Part shown: positions 14,770-27,639 of the stretch, one piece after another
Layout of the letters: each line of letters begins with the position of its first letter
How positions within the stretch are numbered: the first letter of the stretch is position 1
NCBI RefSeq assembly: GCF_009834535.1
Contig: NC_045697.1
Coordinates: 68,946,001-69,010,000 of the forward strand
Reading direction: 5' to 3'
Source: Camelus ferus
Taxonomy: Eukaryota
DNA: 64,000 nucleotides
Translations under genes and position numbers: made by a program
The notes under the pieces: generated by a model
What the model was told of the DNA's origin: nothing
Database searches by the model: none
Seen by the model: only the letters and a program-made list of their open reading frames with translations

Positions 14770-16961
14770 TTTATCTTTGATTTTTGCCATTTTAATTACA
14801 ATGTGTCCTGATGTGTTCCTCTTTAGGTTAATCCTGGTTGAGAATCTTTGTGCTTCTGGACTTGGATGTCTGTGTCCATTCTCACGTTAGGGAAGTTTTC
14901 ACCTATTATGTCTTCAAATATGTTCTCAGACCCTTTCTCTCTCTCTTCTCCTTCTCAGATTCCTATAATGTGAATATTAGTGCATTTGATGTTGTCCCAG
15001 AAGTCTCTTAAACTGTCCTCATTTCTCTTCATATTTTTTTTATGTTCAGCATCAGTGATTTCTGCTATTCTGTCTTCCAGCTTACTGATCTGTTCCTCTG
15101 TATCATTTAGTCTACTATTGATTCCTTCTAGTATATTTTTCATTTCAGTTATTGTATTCTTGATCTCCATTTGGTTTTCCTTTACATTTTCCAACTCTTT
15201 GCTAAAAATATCTAACTTCTTGCTCTGTGCATCCATTCTCCTCCTGAGTTCTTTTATCATCTTTACAATCATTACTCTAAACTCTTTCTTGGGTAGATGG
15301 CCTGTCTCCACTGCACTTAGTTCTTCTTCTGCGGTTTTACCTACTTCATTTGGAACATGTTCCTCTGTTGCCTCATTTTGCCTAACTTGCTGTTTTTATT
15401 TCTATGTATCTTGTAGGTTGGTAAGTTTTCCAACCTTGGAGAAGTGGCTTTTGGTGGGAGATATCCTAATGCGTCCCAGCAGCACACTACCCTTTGGTAT
15501 ACGCTCTAGGAGTGCCCCTATGTGTGCTATGTGGGTCCTTCTGTTGTGGTGGGCTGCCTACTATGGGTGTCTGGTAAGCATGGCTGGTCCCTGGTCCAGC
15601 TGGTTGACAGGCCCTTCCTTGTGCAAGTGCTGCCAGCTGCTGGTTGGTGGGGCCTTGTGTGATGGCTGTGGAATCCTGGGTGGCCCCAGGGCTAGAGCAG
15701 GCTATTAGGCAGATCCTAGGGCAGAGCAGTGGTTGTCTGGTGGCTGGTGTCCATCCACTGGTGTGTAAGACTGGTCTCAAGGCTAGAGCAGGCTAATGGA
15801 TGAGGCCAAGAATTCTGGGGCTGGTGCCTGCCCAATGATTGTTATACCTGGTTCCTAGGTCTCTGCCTGCAGGATCCTGGGTGTCCTGGGTCTAGTGCCT
15901 GCACACTGGTGTCTGGTGGGTACAGCCATGTCCAGGGGCAACTGGTTGTGGGTTCAGTCCCCACCCCATTAGCTGCTTGGTCTGGGGAATCCCAGTACTG
16001 GTACCTACAGGCTATGGGGCTGGATCCTGAGGCTAAGCTAGAAGGAGGATTCTAAAAAGGTGCATGCCAGCACCAGAATCCACAGGAAAGAATGAGCTCC
16101 CCAAAATAGCTATTGCCTGTCTCTATGTCCTCAGGGTGAGCTGCAGTTGCTTCCTGCCTGCCTGGGAGACTCTCCAAGATCAGCAGGTAGGTCTGACACA
16201 GGCTCCTTTCACATTATTGCTTCTGCTGTGACCTGGAGCATGTGTGGTTTTGTGTGTGCCCTTTAAGAATGGAGTTTCTCACAAACATAGAAAACAACTG
16301 TGGTTACCAAAGGGGAAAGAGCAGAGCGGGATAAATTAGAGGTTTGGGACTAAGAGACACACATTACTATAAACAAAATAGATAAACAACAAGGACCTAT
16401 TGTATAGCACAGGGAACTATTCAATTTCTTATAGTAATACATAATAGAAAAGAATCTGAAAAGAAAAAATACATATGTATGTATATGTATAACTGAATCA
16501 CTTCGCTGTACACCTGGAACTAACATTGTAAGTCAACTACACTTCAATAAAAAAGAACAGAGTGTCTATTCCCCACAGCCCTCTGGGTTTCCCAAACATA
16601 AGCCTCACTGGCCTTCAAAGCCAAACATTCTGCGGGCTTGTCCCCCCAGCACAGGATCCATGGCTGAGGAGGACAATGTGGGGCCAGACACCTCAGTCCT
16701 AGGGAAGAACTTCTGCAACTGCAATTTTTCTTCCATTTGTGGTCACCTGCCTGGGGTTATAGGTCTTGACGACACCGCGACTCCTCTCCTATCCAACTCA
16801 TTATGCTTCCTTCTTTATATTCTTAGTTTTAGAAGAACTTTTCTGGTAGGTTCCCAGCTTTTTCATCAATAGCTGTTCTGTAAATAGTTATCATGTCGGT
16901 GTACCTATGAGAGAATAGGTTAGCTCAGAGTCTTTTTACTCTGCCATCTTGGGAACTCCCC
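14770..16961 (-). mobile_element. L1 5'UTR plus N-terminal/central ORF1, 3'-truncated
   Basis: Minus strand begins ggggagttcccaagatggcag (YY1-type L1 start). GC-rich UTR follows. ORF 14955..15311 gives the ORF1p coiled coil (EFRVMIVKMIKEL..SLRDFWDNIKCTNIHIIGI). Confidence 0.92.
16280..16552 (+). mobile_element. 5'-truncated L1 3' end (artiodactyl type) nested in the L1 5'UTR
   Basis: aacaaggacctattgtatagcacagggaact..tgtaagtcaactacacttcaataaaaaa. Flanked by a diverged 15-bp TSD (16265-16279 and 16553-16567) at a TTT/AAGAA endonuclease-type site. Confidence 0.9.
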
Positions 16962-17380
16962 TCTGGCCATGTGTTAGTTTTGACACTGAACACAGTTATG
17001 GGTATTTCAAAGCTTATTGCTTTGCCTAAGACTGCCATTTGAAACCAGTCCATCCTCTTGCTCACCACTGACAGCACAATGTTCAAAGAAATTTGATATG
17101 AGTTGCAAATACCAGCAATTATCTCTAGAGGTCACTATAATGTTAACAAGTATAGTTAGAAAACCTATTCTCATTCCCAACCACAATTTCACTATATTTA
17201 AATGAAGGATTCAATTGTACTTTATTAACTAAAAAATAGTTCTATTAAGAGCCACATATACATTAAAACACACAACTTTATAATACATATGGTGCTAGAC
17301 ATGTATTAGCTGACATGTATTAAAGGCATTTAATCAAGAAACAATATGAAGCTACTCACAACTTCAAAGACCCTATAGTC

Positions 17381-17983
17381 ACAGTTCTCAGTTTGTTCCA
17401 GTGATCCCCAAGGAGCCCCTGATATCCTTTCAGGGAATCCTCAAGATCAAAATTAATTTCATAATAATACTGTCTTAGTCTATGTGGGCTCGTATAACAA
17501 ATGAAATTTATTTCTCATAGTTCCAGAGGCTAAGAAGTCCAAGAATGGGCATCTGGTGTGGGCCTGCTTACTGGTTCACAGATAGCCATCGTCCCACTGT
17601 GTTCACACACGATGAAAGGGGTACAGGAGGTCTCTGGAGTCTCTTTTTATAAGAGCATTAATCCCATTCATAAGGGTTTGATTCTCATGTTCTCATCGCC
17701 TCCCAAAGGCCCTCCTCCAAACACTATTACATTGGAGACTAGGTTTCAACTAATGAATTTTCGGGAGACATATTCAGTCTCTAGAAAATAGCTAAGATTC
17801 TGGTTTCCTGTTTGACACTTACTCACTCATAAGCATTTGTATATTCTTATATTTTAAATATTTCTTAGTTTCAATTTCTAATACAAGTGGCATGAGATAC
17901 AACCCATATAAATATTCTCGAGAGTCCTCAGTCATTTTAAGAGTATTAAGCAGTCTTGAGGCCAAAAAGTTTGAGAACCAGTG
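17381..17983 (+). mobile_element. hAT-Charlie (Charlie4-like) element interrupted by an LTR
   Basis: 5' part cctttcaggg..tcaaaattaatttcataataatac and 3' part gatacaacccatataaa..aaaagtttgagaaccagtg. Confidence 0.6.
17471..17785 (-). mobile_element. MLT1A-like MaLR solo LTR
   Basis: tgtcttagtc..atttatttctcatagttccagaggctaagaagtccaag..gtctctttttataagagcattaatcccattcat..acatattcagtc. Confidence 0.8.
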
Positions 17984-18086
17984 ACCCACAACCTAAATGA
18001 TTAAAATTAAAGAGAGAAAATGATCAAACAAAAAAGTGCTGCTATATATATAGAATTACTTCTAAAATATCACACAAGTAAAAATA

Positions 18087-18321
18087 CAGTTGATCATTGA
18101 ACACCAGAAGTTTGAACTGCAAAGATCTACTTATACAATGATTTTTTTCAGTAGTAAATAGTACAGTATGACACAATCCAGGGTTGGTTAAATCCATGAA
18201 TGCCAACTGCAGATTCAGAGGAACTATGTGTAGAGACAGTCAAGTTATATACAGATTTTTGACTGTAGATTTTTGACTGTGTCAGCACCCCTAGCCCCTG
18301 GGCTGTTAAAAGAGTCAACTG
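18087..18321. mobile_element. Tigger2/MER8-like TcMar MITE
   Basis: Terminal inverted repeats CAGTTGA...TCAACTG, TA target duplication on both sides, 235 bp. Confidence 0.85.
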
Positions 18322-18448
18322 TAGGAAAAACTTAATTTCACAAGTTGTATTGATAAATCCTAAATGGCTAAGTGTACCAATAAAATATAATAAAAATTAA
18401 ATCAAAAAACAAAATTCACCAATATTAAATATTCCTATTCTCACAGGA

Positions 18449-18828
18449 TGTTATGGACTGAATTCTGTATCCCTCAAATTCATATGTTGAAGCCCTAAAC
18501 CCTTCAGTGTGACCAGACCTAGGGCCTTTAAAGAGGCAACTATGCTTAAATGAAGTAATAAGGGTAAGGGTGGGGTCCTGATCCAATAGGACTGGTGTCT
18601 TTATAAGAAGAGACATCAGGGATACATGTGCATGAAGAAAGGCCATGTGAACAACCAGCAAGAAGGTGAACATCTGTGAACCAAGGATAGAGCTCTGAGA
18701 AGAAACCAAAGATGCTAATATCTTAATCTTGGAATTTCATCCTCCAGAATGTTGAGAAAATAAATTTCTGTTGTTTTCACCACCAACTCTACAGTATTTT
18801 GTTACAGCAGCCCTAGCAAAGTAATACA
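18449..18828 (+). mobile_element. MLT1B-like MaLR solo LTR
   Basis: TGttatggactgaatt...gcagccctagcaaagtaataCA termini; 5-bp TSD cagga/cagta (4 of 5 match). Confidence 0.88.
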
Positions 18829-21799
18829 CAGTACTGAAGTTTTTCATGTTATTCTAGGGAACTTTTGTGGCTTTTAACTATTTCTGTGAGAATCACAATG
18901 GTAGAAAAAAGACATTGTGCAAGTCCCCATGACATATTCCTAGTTCTTTGATCCTCCTTGGTCCCTTGAAAACTTAAAACCTAATATAAGGATAGTTTTT
19001 TGAAATAAAGTAAATTTTATCTCAGACACAGAGCTTGAATGTCATTTCAAGTATGACCCTTAAAAATCTATGTTTTTTATCTCCCCAACTATAAAGCAAG
19101 TTGATTACTAAAAAAAACAAACAAATATGAAGAAAACATTTACTTCTTAACAAAAAGTGGGGCACTATGTTTATAGTATACCGTCATTTGGTTCCTTAGG
19201 CAAAGAATATCTTCTAAGAATATTATAAAGGAAATTTTTGATTCACAATTATCATTATCATCATCATCAGTTAGAAGCCCTCATAATATTTTTCTTTTAG
19301 AAACTTCATGGAAGAAACCAAATTCATCACTAGCCAGCTGATTAGATTTAAGAAAAAATTAATTCCTAATTGCTAAGTCTTCCAATTCCTCAGGACCCTA
19401 GCCTCCAGATTCTTAAACTCAGAACACTAGATTTAAAGTACCACTTTATAGTATTATGGGAAGAGTAACTATTCCATAAAACAGTTTTCCTGAGACATTG
19501 TTCTAAGTTTATACAGGTAGCCTGCATTTTTGATGACCCTGAACACCAATGAACAAAGGCATCTCAGTAGATTTTAAAAAAGCAGAATGCAAAGATAAAT
19601 ATGCACAGTATCTTCCCATCATTTACACCCAGGATATTACAATGAACATAATTAATCTGTCCCTACAAAAGTGTTTGCTGCCACTGAAAGAAATAGACAT
19701 TCTCAGATATAATTTAATACTAAAGTTGCATACTTTAAGATTATAAACATGATTTTCCTTTTATTTAAATCAGTTAAATAAATCAAATACATGTCTTGTA
19801 AGTTTTTAATATCTTAAATTTGGAATTTAGTATCACATATTATAAGGTATAATCTTATTTGAACTCTATTATATAAATGGAAGAAAATATTGAAATACAT
19901 TGTATTTATGATGTAAAAACATCATCAATAATAACCATGTCTATTACATATTATGTTTCTACTAAAGTCTTTCAATACACTATTAAATTCAAATAATCTA
20001 AATGAAAGTTTACCATCAAATTATGCCTAATTTATAATTCAATTGTATCCTAGCTTTTATAAATGTTCAGAATAGTTCTATTTTAAATAGACATTTAAGT
20101 AAATTCCGTCTCCTCCAAAATAATATTTTTGCATAAACTATTTACAAATATTAATCCACATGGGCAGCCTTTGGCTAAAAATATCTTAATATATCATCAT
20201 TACTCAAAGTATTTTGCTCACACCCTAGTAGGTAAATATGAATGTGTCCTGTATAGGATGACTTTGCATGTCCTCCAGGTAGGCCCAGAGGGCAGTGTCG
20301 GCAATAATGACCCATCTGTTCACTACCAGCAACCAGAAAACTTCTAATGAAGACAGATGTGGGTCACCGTGTACAAGCAGGCTGCAGGGTGTTAATGAAT
20401 CCACCTAATGGTCACTACCTGCCACTCTTAACTGATTGATGACCTAAAAGGTTTAGTTTGAAAAGCAAAGATGAGTATTTCACGTACTCATCAGTCTTAC
20501 CAGGACACTGCTTTCACTTTCTCTTACGTACTCATTCTTTACTACTTGTCTTTATCAATTCCTAGAAAATATTACTGTTATTTATTAGACTCAGTCTTTT
20601 AAAGTAACCTTGCTACTGGCACTTTTGAGAAATCAATTCCTCCTAAATTTCTCCACTGACTGACTCACAAGGTATCAACTCCATATGGTGATACAGCAAC
20701 ATCATATATATGAAACACAAACGGTAATGTTTTCCTACGTCATAAAATTCATTACGTACATTTATAGATAATGTTGTTATCAATACCAATCTCTCTAAAA
20801 TGTTACTTTTTAAAATATTATTTCATTACCTGCTTTGAAATAAAATTGTTATTTCACTCCAGATTCCAAAAAGAATGTTTGCTTATGGAGACCAATTGAT
20901 GTAATATATGAATATTTTATATACCCATAGAAAATGTATAGAGATGGTCATTTTACTTTCTGATAGATGCTGTATGACTCAAGAAGTATAATTTATGCAG
21001 TTGTTTTTCAGAATAAAATCTGTCTGTATTACATTATACCTAAACTCTTCAAGAAAATCTATATTCAGCCATAAAGTGGTTCTTAAAAAAACTGGTACGT
21101 ATAAAATGTAAATATATACAATCAAAAACTGAAAACATACAACTGTTAAAAAATACACATTTTATGTATAAATAAAACTATAAGAAGTATTATTTAATGT
21201 AAACTAATTGTTTAAACTAAGTTTGAAGGAATTTCCATAGTTTATAAACTATTTTGCTGTAAATCTCTCTTTCTATATAGAGATTTAAAGCAACCTGGTG
21301 TTGCTTCAGTCACAAATGGACAATCTATTCTAATAGCAAGTCCATTTACTAGATTGGGAACCATTATCAGCCACTATTGAGATTACCTAGCAATCCTTAA
21401 CAGTAATAATTCATACGTGAACACATGCACACAAGATATACATACACATCTACACACCACCTCAGTAGCTACTTTTAGAGAGAAAGGTGTTCGTTTTAGG
21501 CTAACAAATTAAAAATATCCAATAAAAATTCAATGTGAATTTTTAAAATACGGAGCAAATAGGACCATTCAAATAATTTTAAATTAGATAAATTCAGAGT
21601 ATAATTCTAAACACAGCAATAGCATAATCATATTATGAAATACAGCAAACATTTGTTCCATTCATATAAGGCAGTGATGTAGCTATCACAATTTCTATCT
21701 TCAAAAACAATACACAAAGACAAATTACATGTGGTTGCTTCTGTCACTCAATCTTAAGGTGTTAACTCAGAAAAGTAAATCGAGATATTTTTTCAAACA

Positions 21800-21970
21800 G
21801 CAGCAATACATGTAATGCCTTAAATGCAATAAGTGCCTTCACATGCATTACCTCATTTCTTATCCAGTCCTGTAAAGTAGGAATTATCGTAACTCATTTT
21901 ATAAATAAAAAAGCTCAGAGAAATTGCGTTACTTTTCAGTATCCACACTTAATAAGAGATGGCTCAAAAT
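21800..21970 (-). mobile_element. MIR SINE fragment
   Basis: ttcacatgcattacctcattt..cctgtaaagtagg..cattttata..gctcagagaaatt resembles the MIR core in reverse. Confidence 0.55.
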
Positions 21971-24099
21971 GTCACATTTCCTAATTCATAATCCCCATAG
22001 TCTTTTTTCTACACTTCAAAATTGAAAATGAGATCTATTTGATTTACACCATAACCATACCTTATTTTATAGTAACACTTCACTTACCTAGGGGCCATTT
22101 TTTCAGCTAGCATGGATATATGAAATAAAGTCTAAACATCAGAGAAAAGCAAAAGATAATTATGAGTAACTATAAGATATATCCCACAGCAAAAAATTAA
22201 GATTGTGGGGTTTTTTTAAATACCCAAGTACTGGAATCTTCGTTCAACTCCTGTTTGCTTATATCGTGCTTCCTAACCTAAGTTTTAGTGATGCAAGCTG
22301 CATATAATCCTTCCAAAAATATGAAAACCAGGAGACTACAGGGTCTCTACTAAAAACCACAAAGTTAATGGCAGGCTTGGTGTATCATCTAATTGACAGG
22401 GGGGAGAGTGGGGTAAGCACAAAAAGTATAGAAAGGGTGTGATATCAGAAATAGACAGTCAAGGCAATGGAAGATCAGAACAAAAGAACAGATCTCAGAG
22501 CATTCTAATCCTGCCAAAAGTCCCTCCAAAGCTGCTCTCAGTGGCCTTAGACTTGCCTTGGCTCTTGCTATGCAGTATCTTCAAGTTGTTTCCTGATACC
22601 TGACACCACAGGCCCCTGTACCAGCAAATCTCTGCTCTCTTCTTTAACTAGGGGTAAGGCATGAGCTTCAGGGGCAGCAGTGATGGAAGGTGCCAACAAC
22701 GTCAAGAGTTCACCAGGAATGATGAAGGTCCATTCTGATGTTTGTGGAATTACAGTTTATTTACTTCTGTTATAACTGACTTAGGGTAATAGACTCCTTG
22801 ATCAATTTACCAACCAGTAAAGTATACTTTCTTGCAGCTGGCAGTAAAAAAGCTACTAATGACAGAGAAGAGTTGCAGAAATTTTCATTTATTTTTTAAA
22901 ACATCAGGACAGAATTGAAATCTTTTGTTTTCCTAGGAGAATCCTCTAATGATGCACAGAAATGCCGAGTCATTACACTATGTTTTTTCAAGACAAATTA
23001 CTGAATCTGTAAACTTAGAACTGTTTGCAATCCCAAGAGACCCAGGAAATCTTAAATATCATCTTACTACTGACTGAAGAGTGTGGGATGTATCATGGCT
23101 CAGTGATTCTATACAGAGAGGTGTGTACTGATCTAAGTTCATGTGTCACAGATTATCAACCAAGAAAGCCCATCACAAATGACAAACGGAGTTGGAAACA
23201 TTGGAACATAGGTTGGTGAGCTTGTGCTTTGGAAAAGATAAGGTGAAATTTAAGTTCAGTGGACTGTTACATAATCCAACCCTTAAGACATTATGTTCAT
23301 CTTCAAAACATACAGCCAACAGTGCATAAAAATGGGCCTCAATATTTTCACACTATTTGTGACCTCTGTTCTGACTCTTTGCCTAAACTACCTCTCATTA
23401 CTATTACCAACCTAATACTGATTTTCCCAGATTCTGAACTATTTCCTTACTTTCCTACCTATAATCTAACCCCATTCTTTAAACCTGATAATCAGCTACC
23501 TTTGAATTTTCCCCTGCCTTCTTTATCTACATTTTAGATGCTGCCTTGGTCACTTTTATGTCTGTGCCCTGGCTCTCAAAGGTATTGCCCACTACCAGGT
23601 CCCTCAGCTCTGAGAGCAGGACTAAATACGTGGTTGCAAAGTTCTCACAGAGAATGTAAATCTTCTGTAGATTTAAACCCTGATGAAAAGATAACTTTAG
23701 AATTTACATGAGCATTTAGGAATACCTTAATTATTGTTTTCCAAATCATTGATATAAATATCACATTGATATAAATTTCCCTTTACTGTGAATAGGTCAA
23801 GCAGATCTTTAGCAGAGTTGAATCCTTTTATTCAAAGAAATTCTTGGAAAATATGAACTAACACATTATTATAATAGGAAAAAAATCCAAGACTGACAAG
23901 TGGAAACAGATCGCAGGAAGAAATACTGAAAAGCAAAGGTTTATGTTTATTCAATTCAAATGTCTATCAGATTTACCAATTCATTCATCAAATGCACAAC
24001 ATGGTAGGCACTGAATGACTGTTCTAGGAAGTGGGGATACTACAGTGGACAAAAAAAAAAAAACAACTATCTATGCCTTCACAACTTACATTCCAGGAA

Positions 24100-26000
24100 G
24101 CTATATAAATCCTACAATTTACGTACACTATAATGTAATTTACAAACATAATATACGCATTTCCAACGTACACTCCAATGAGTTTTGACAGATCCAAAAC
24201 TTCTATAACCATCGTCATAATCAAGATAAAGAATATTTCTATCACCACAAAAAGTTTCCCTGTACCACTTCCCAGGCAATCTTCCTACTTCAGGCTACAG
24301 GCAACAGCTAATGTGTTTTCTGTTATTATAGACTGAATTTGTCTTTTCTAGAGTTTTATATAAATGGAATCATATAGCATATTTTTTAAGTCAGGTATCT
24401 TTTGCTCAGGAGAATATTTCTAAGATTCATCATGAAGCTTTGTGAATGAGTCATTCTATGGGTAGTTCTATTGCTGAATAGTATTATATCGTATAAATAT
24501 TCACAACTTGTTTTTTCCATTCACCTTCTTATGAATATTTGGGCTGTTTCCAGTTTGGGAAATATTCATAATAATGAATAAAGCTTTTATGAAAATATAT
24601 ATATAAATATTTTGTGAACATATGTTTTCATTTCTCTTACATAAATAATCTAGGAGTTGATTTGTATCATAGGGTGTGTCTATTTTAACTTTACACACAA
24701 GAAACTGTCAAAAATTTTCCAAAGTGTGTTATTATTTTACATTCCCAAACAACGTATGAAGAGTTCCAGCTGTTGCACACTGTCCCAGCAGCTGACATTA
24801 TCAGTCTTTTCAATTTCAGCCATTCAAATGAGGGTACATTGTGGTTTTAGCTTGCATTTCCCTAAGGTCCAATAATTTTAAGCAAATTTCTCATGCTTAT
24901 TTGTCATTTCCATACCTTCCTTTGGGAAGTGTCAGTTCAAATCTTTTGCTCATTTTTATGAGCCCTTACTTAGTCTTATTGTTATTGGGTTTAAGAGCTC
25001 TTTATATATTCCAGATACAATTATTTTGTCAGACAGGTGTGTTGCAAATATTTTCTCCCAGCCTGGGCTTGCCTGTACATCTTCTTGACAGTGACTCAAT
25101 GAACAGAAGTTTTTAATTTTGATGAAGTCCAATTTATCACTTTTTTTCCTTTATGGTTTATGCTTTTTGTGTCCTGCCTAAAAAATAGTTTCTCATCCCA
25201 AAGTTGTAAAGATTTTCTGCCTTATTTTTTCTTCCAGAAGTTTTATAGTTTAGCTTTTACATTTAGGTCTATGATCCATTTACCTCAGCCCAAAGTTAAT
25301 TTTTTTAAAAAAATGTGGATAGCTAGTTATTCTAGCACCATTCATTGAAAAGACTTTCCAATCTCCTTGAATTATTTTGGCACTTTTGTCAAAAATCAAT
25401 TGATCACGTATGTGTGGATCTATTTCTGGACTCTCTAATCTTTACTGTTGATCTATATGCCCATTCTATGCTAAAACCGTACTATTTTGATCACTACAAC
25501 TTTACGGTACATGTTGAAATCATGCAGTGTAACTTTACCAAATTTGTTCTTTTTTTTTTAATATTGCTTTGGCTATTCCAGGTTCCTTCCATTTCTACGT
25601 AAATTTTAGAATCAGCTTGTTCATTTTTACAAGAAAACTTCTGTGATTTTGATTGGGTAGATAGTTTTATTGTATTCAACCTGTAGATTAATCTGAGAAC
25701 AGACATTATGAATAGTAATTAAACCTTCAATCCATAAACATAAGATATTCAATATTTTTTAGGTCTTTTTTAAAATCCTCTCAGTAATGTTTTACAGTTT
25801 TAATGTATGTTGTGCTCATATTTTGATAAATTTATTTCTAAGCATTTCATGCTTGGGGGTACTAATTTAAATGATGTTTTTATTTCAATTTTTAATTTTT
25901 ATTACTAGAATACTGAAATACAGTTAATTTTATGTATTGAATTTGCATTGTGTGATCTTTTAGATTCACTTATTAGTTCTACTAACTTTTTAGGCACTCA
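24100..26000 (-). mobile_element. Old L1 (L1MB/MC/ME-type) 3' portion
   Basis: Reverse-strand L1 3'UTR/ORF2 motifs: taaatggaatcatatagcat, atttgggctgtttccagtttgg, ttttaattttgatgaagtccaatttatc, ttttgtcaaaaatcaattga. Confidence 0.85.
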
Positions 26001-26349
26001 TAATACTTTATTTTATTATGTTAAAGAAAAAGGGATATAAGGAAATGATTCTGTACTTAGGTTTTTCAAGAGTATTAAAATTATCAAATCAAATTGACCA
26101 ATCATAATCAATAATCATCACAGTTCTCATGTTCCTTTTATAAAGACTTTGCTCCAGTATAAAGACAGAATATCTTGGGAGCAAGGGTATGCCAATGGTT
26201 CAGAAGAACACAGAAAAAATTTAAAACCTGTAAGAACCCAATACATCACTTTGACTAAATTAAGAAGTTTATTAGCAGGGTATAATCCAAAAGAAAAAAT
26301 TTACATACTTGGACTTTAAATGTGCTATATTTTTAGTCTTACAAAAAAT

Positions 26350-26570
26350 AATAATAAATATTTGAGTATTAAGTATTCAGCGCTATATTAAGTACTATAG
26401 TAAAAACATCTCCTTCGCTGTGTAATTCTCACCGAAAAAAAAAAAATGACATACTCCTCATTTTCTAGGAGAACCTTATAACAGCTGAATAATTTTCCCA
26501 AGGACCCACAGCTAGCAAACATTAAAGTAGAACTCAAACCCAAGTCTGACGTCCATAAAGTCCACGCTAG
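26350..26570 (-). mobile_element. MIR SINE fragment
   Basis: cccaaggacccacagctag..aactcaaacccaagtctgac resembles the MIR core in reverse. Confidence 0.55.
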
Positions 26571-27639
26571 TTTTTAGTGTTTGTGACCTTAACCTAAGAA
26601 GACTCAGAAAAGGTATTTTTTAAAATATTGAATGCAAGGAAAAACTCTGCTTTTTTTTAATATTAAGAATAACAAGATTTAGCAAATCAAAAAGTCTCTA
26701 AGTCCACAATAAAAATAATGTATTTCACTTCATTTTAGAAAGGACCTAATTAAATACATGTCTTCACCGCTATCCAAACTCTCAATACCTGAACACAATT
26801 ATTTAAATGACTTGCCAAACATCTTACCCAAAGTTCAATACTTAAGAAGAAACTTCTTATAATGAATCTGAAGATGCATGCCAGCAGAAAATGTGCCCTG
26901 TACAAATCTGAGCAGAGCGTACAGAGCGGTCTACAGTCCTACCCTAGCTGTTACCCTATGAGATCACTACTATCAAATGCAGTACCCAGATGCACTCATC
27001 ATTTTCCACCTCCTCCTACCCCTCCCCTGCTCCCTAGCCTTAGCACTTCATTGGTCCTAGATTTTGCTTTCTGCCAGGTGACTGAGGATACAATCAACCC
27101 AGACAATTTAGATATTTTAAGTATCTATAACATGTTATTTCATTGTTTATTTACATTACAGAATATGTTTTTTGCAAATTACAAAGTAATATGTGCTACA
27201 GAACAGTATCACTGTCTACTACACAAATATACTAATAAGCTCAATAAAATTTTTTAAATTAGGTAACTGGTGTTTTAAATACCTTGCTGAAATCCTTGTG
27301 CAATTATTACATAGCTGTTTAAGAGCTCTTGGGGAAACTGACATAGGACTTTGCACAGACTGGTTAAATTATTTTTTTGTCAGTGAAAAATAACAGAACA
27401 CAGGTTCCTGCTACCCGAATACTTGCTATCCACCATGTTATCAGGAATGGATTAAATTTGGAAAATGAAGTTATGCAAAATAAACAACTATCAGAATAAA
27501 CAACTCTAAAAAAACTTTCCCATACCTTCCAACTTAAGAATGACTATTACAATTTATATGGAATCTGGACATTTCCAGCTTGCCTTAAAAGTCCTCTATT
27601 TCCATCTTCAGGGTTCTCTCAGTACTCATTAAAACAGTC

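Noticed and set aside
14980..15708. 242-aa ORF, the longest in the track
   Set aside because: Antisense reading of L1 ORF1 and 5'UTR; the Ser/Leu/Phe-rich composition is the usual artefact.
26862..27257. 131-aa ORF with a Pro-rich stretch
   Set aside because: Proline run comes from a C-rich low-complexity patch; antisense to STPG2 with no homology or splice support that I can see.
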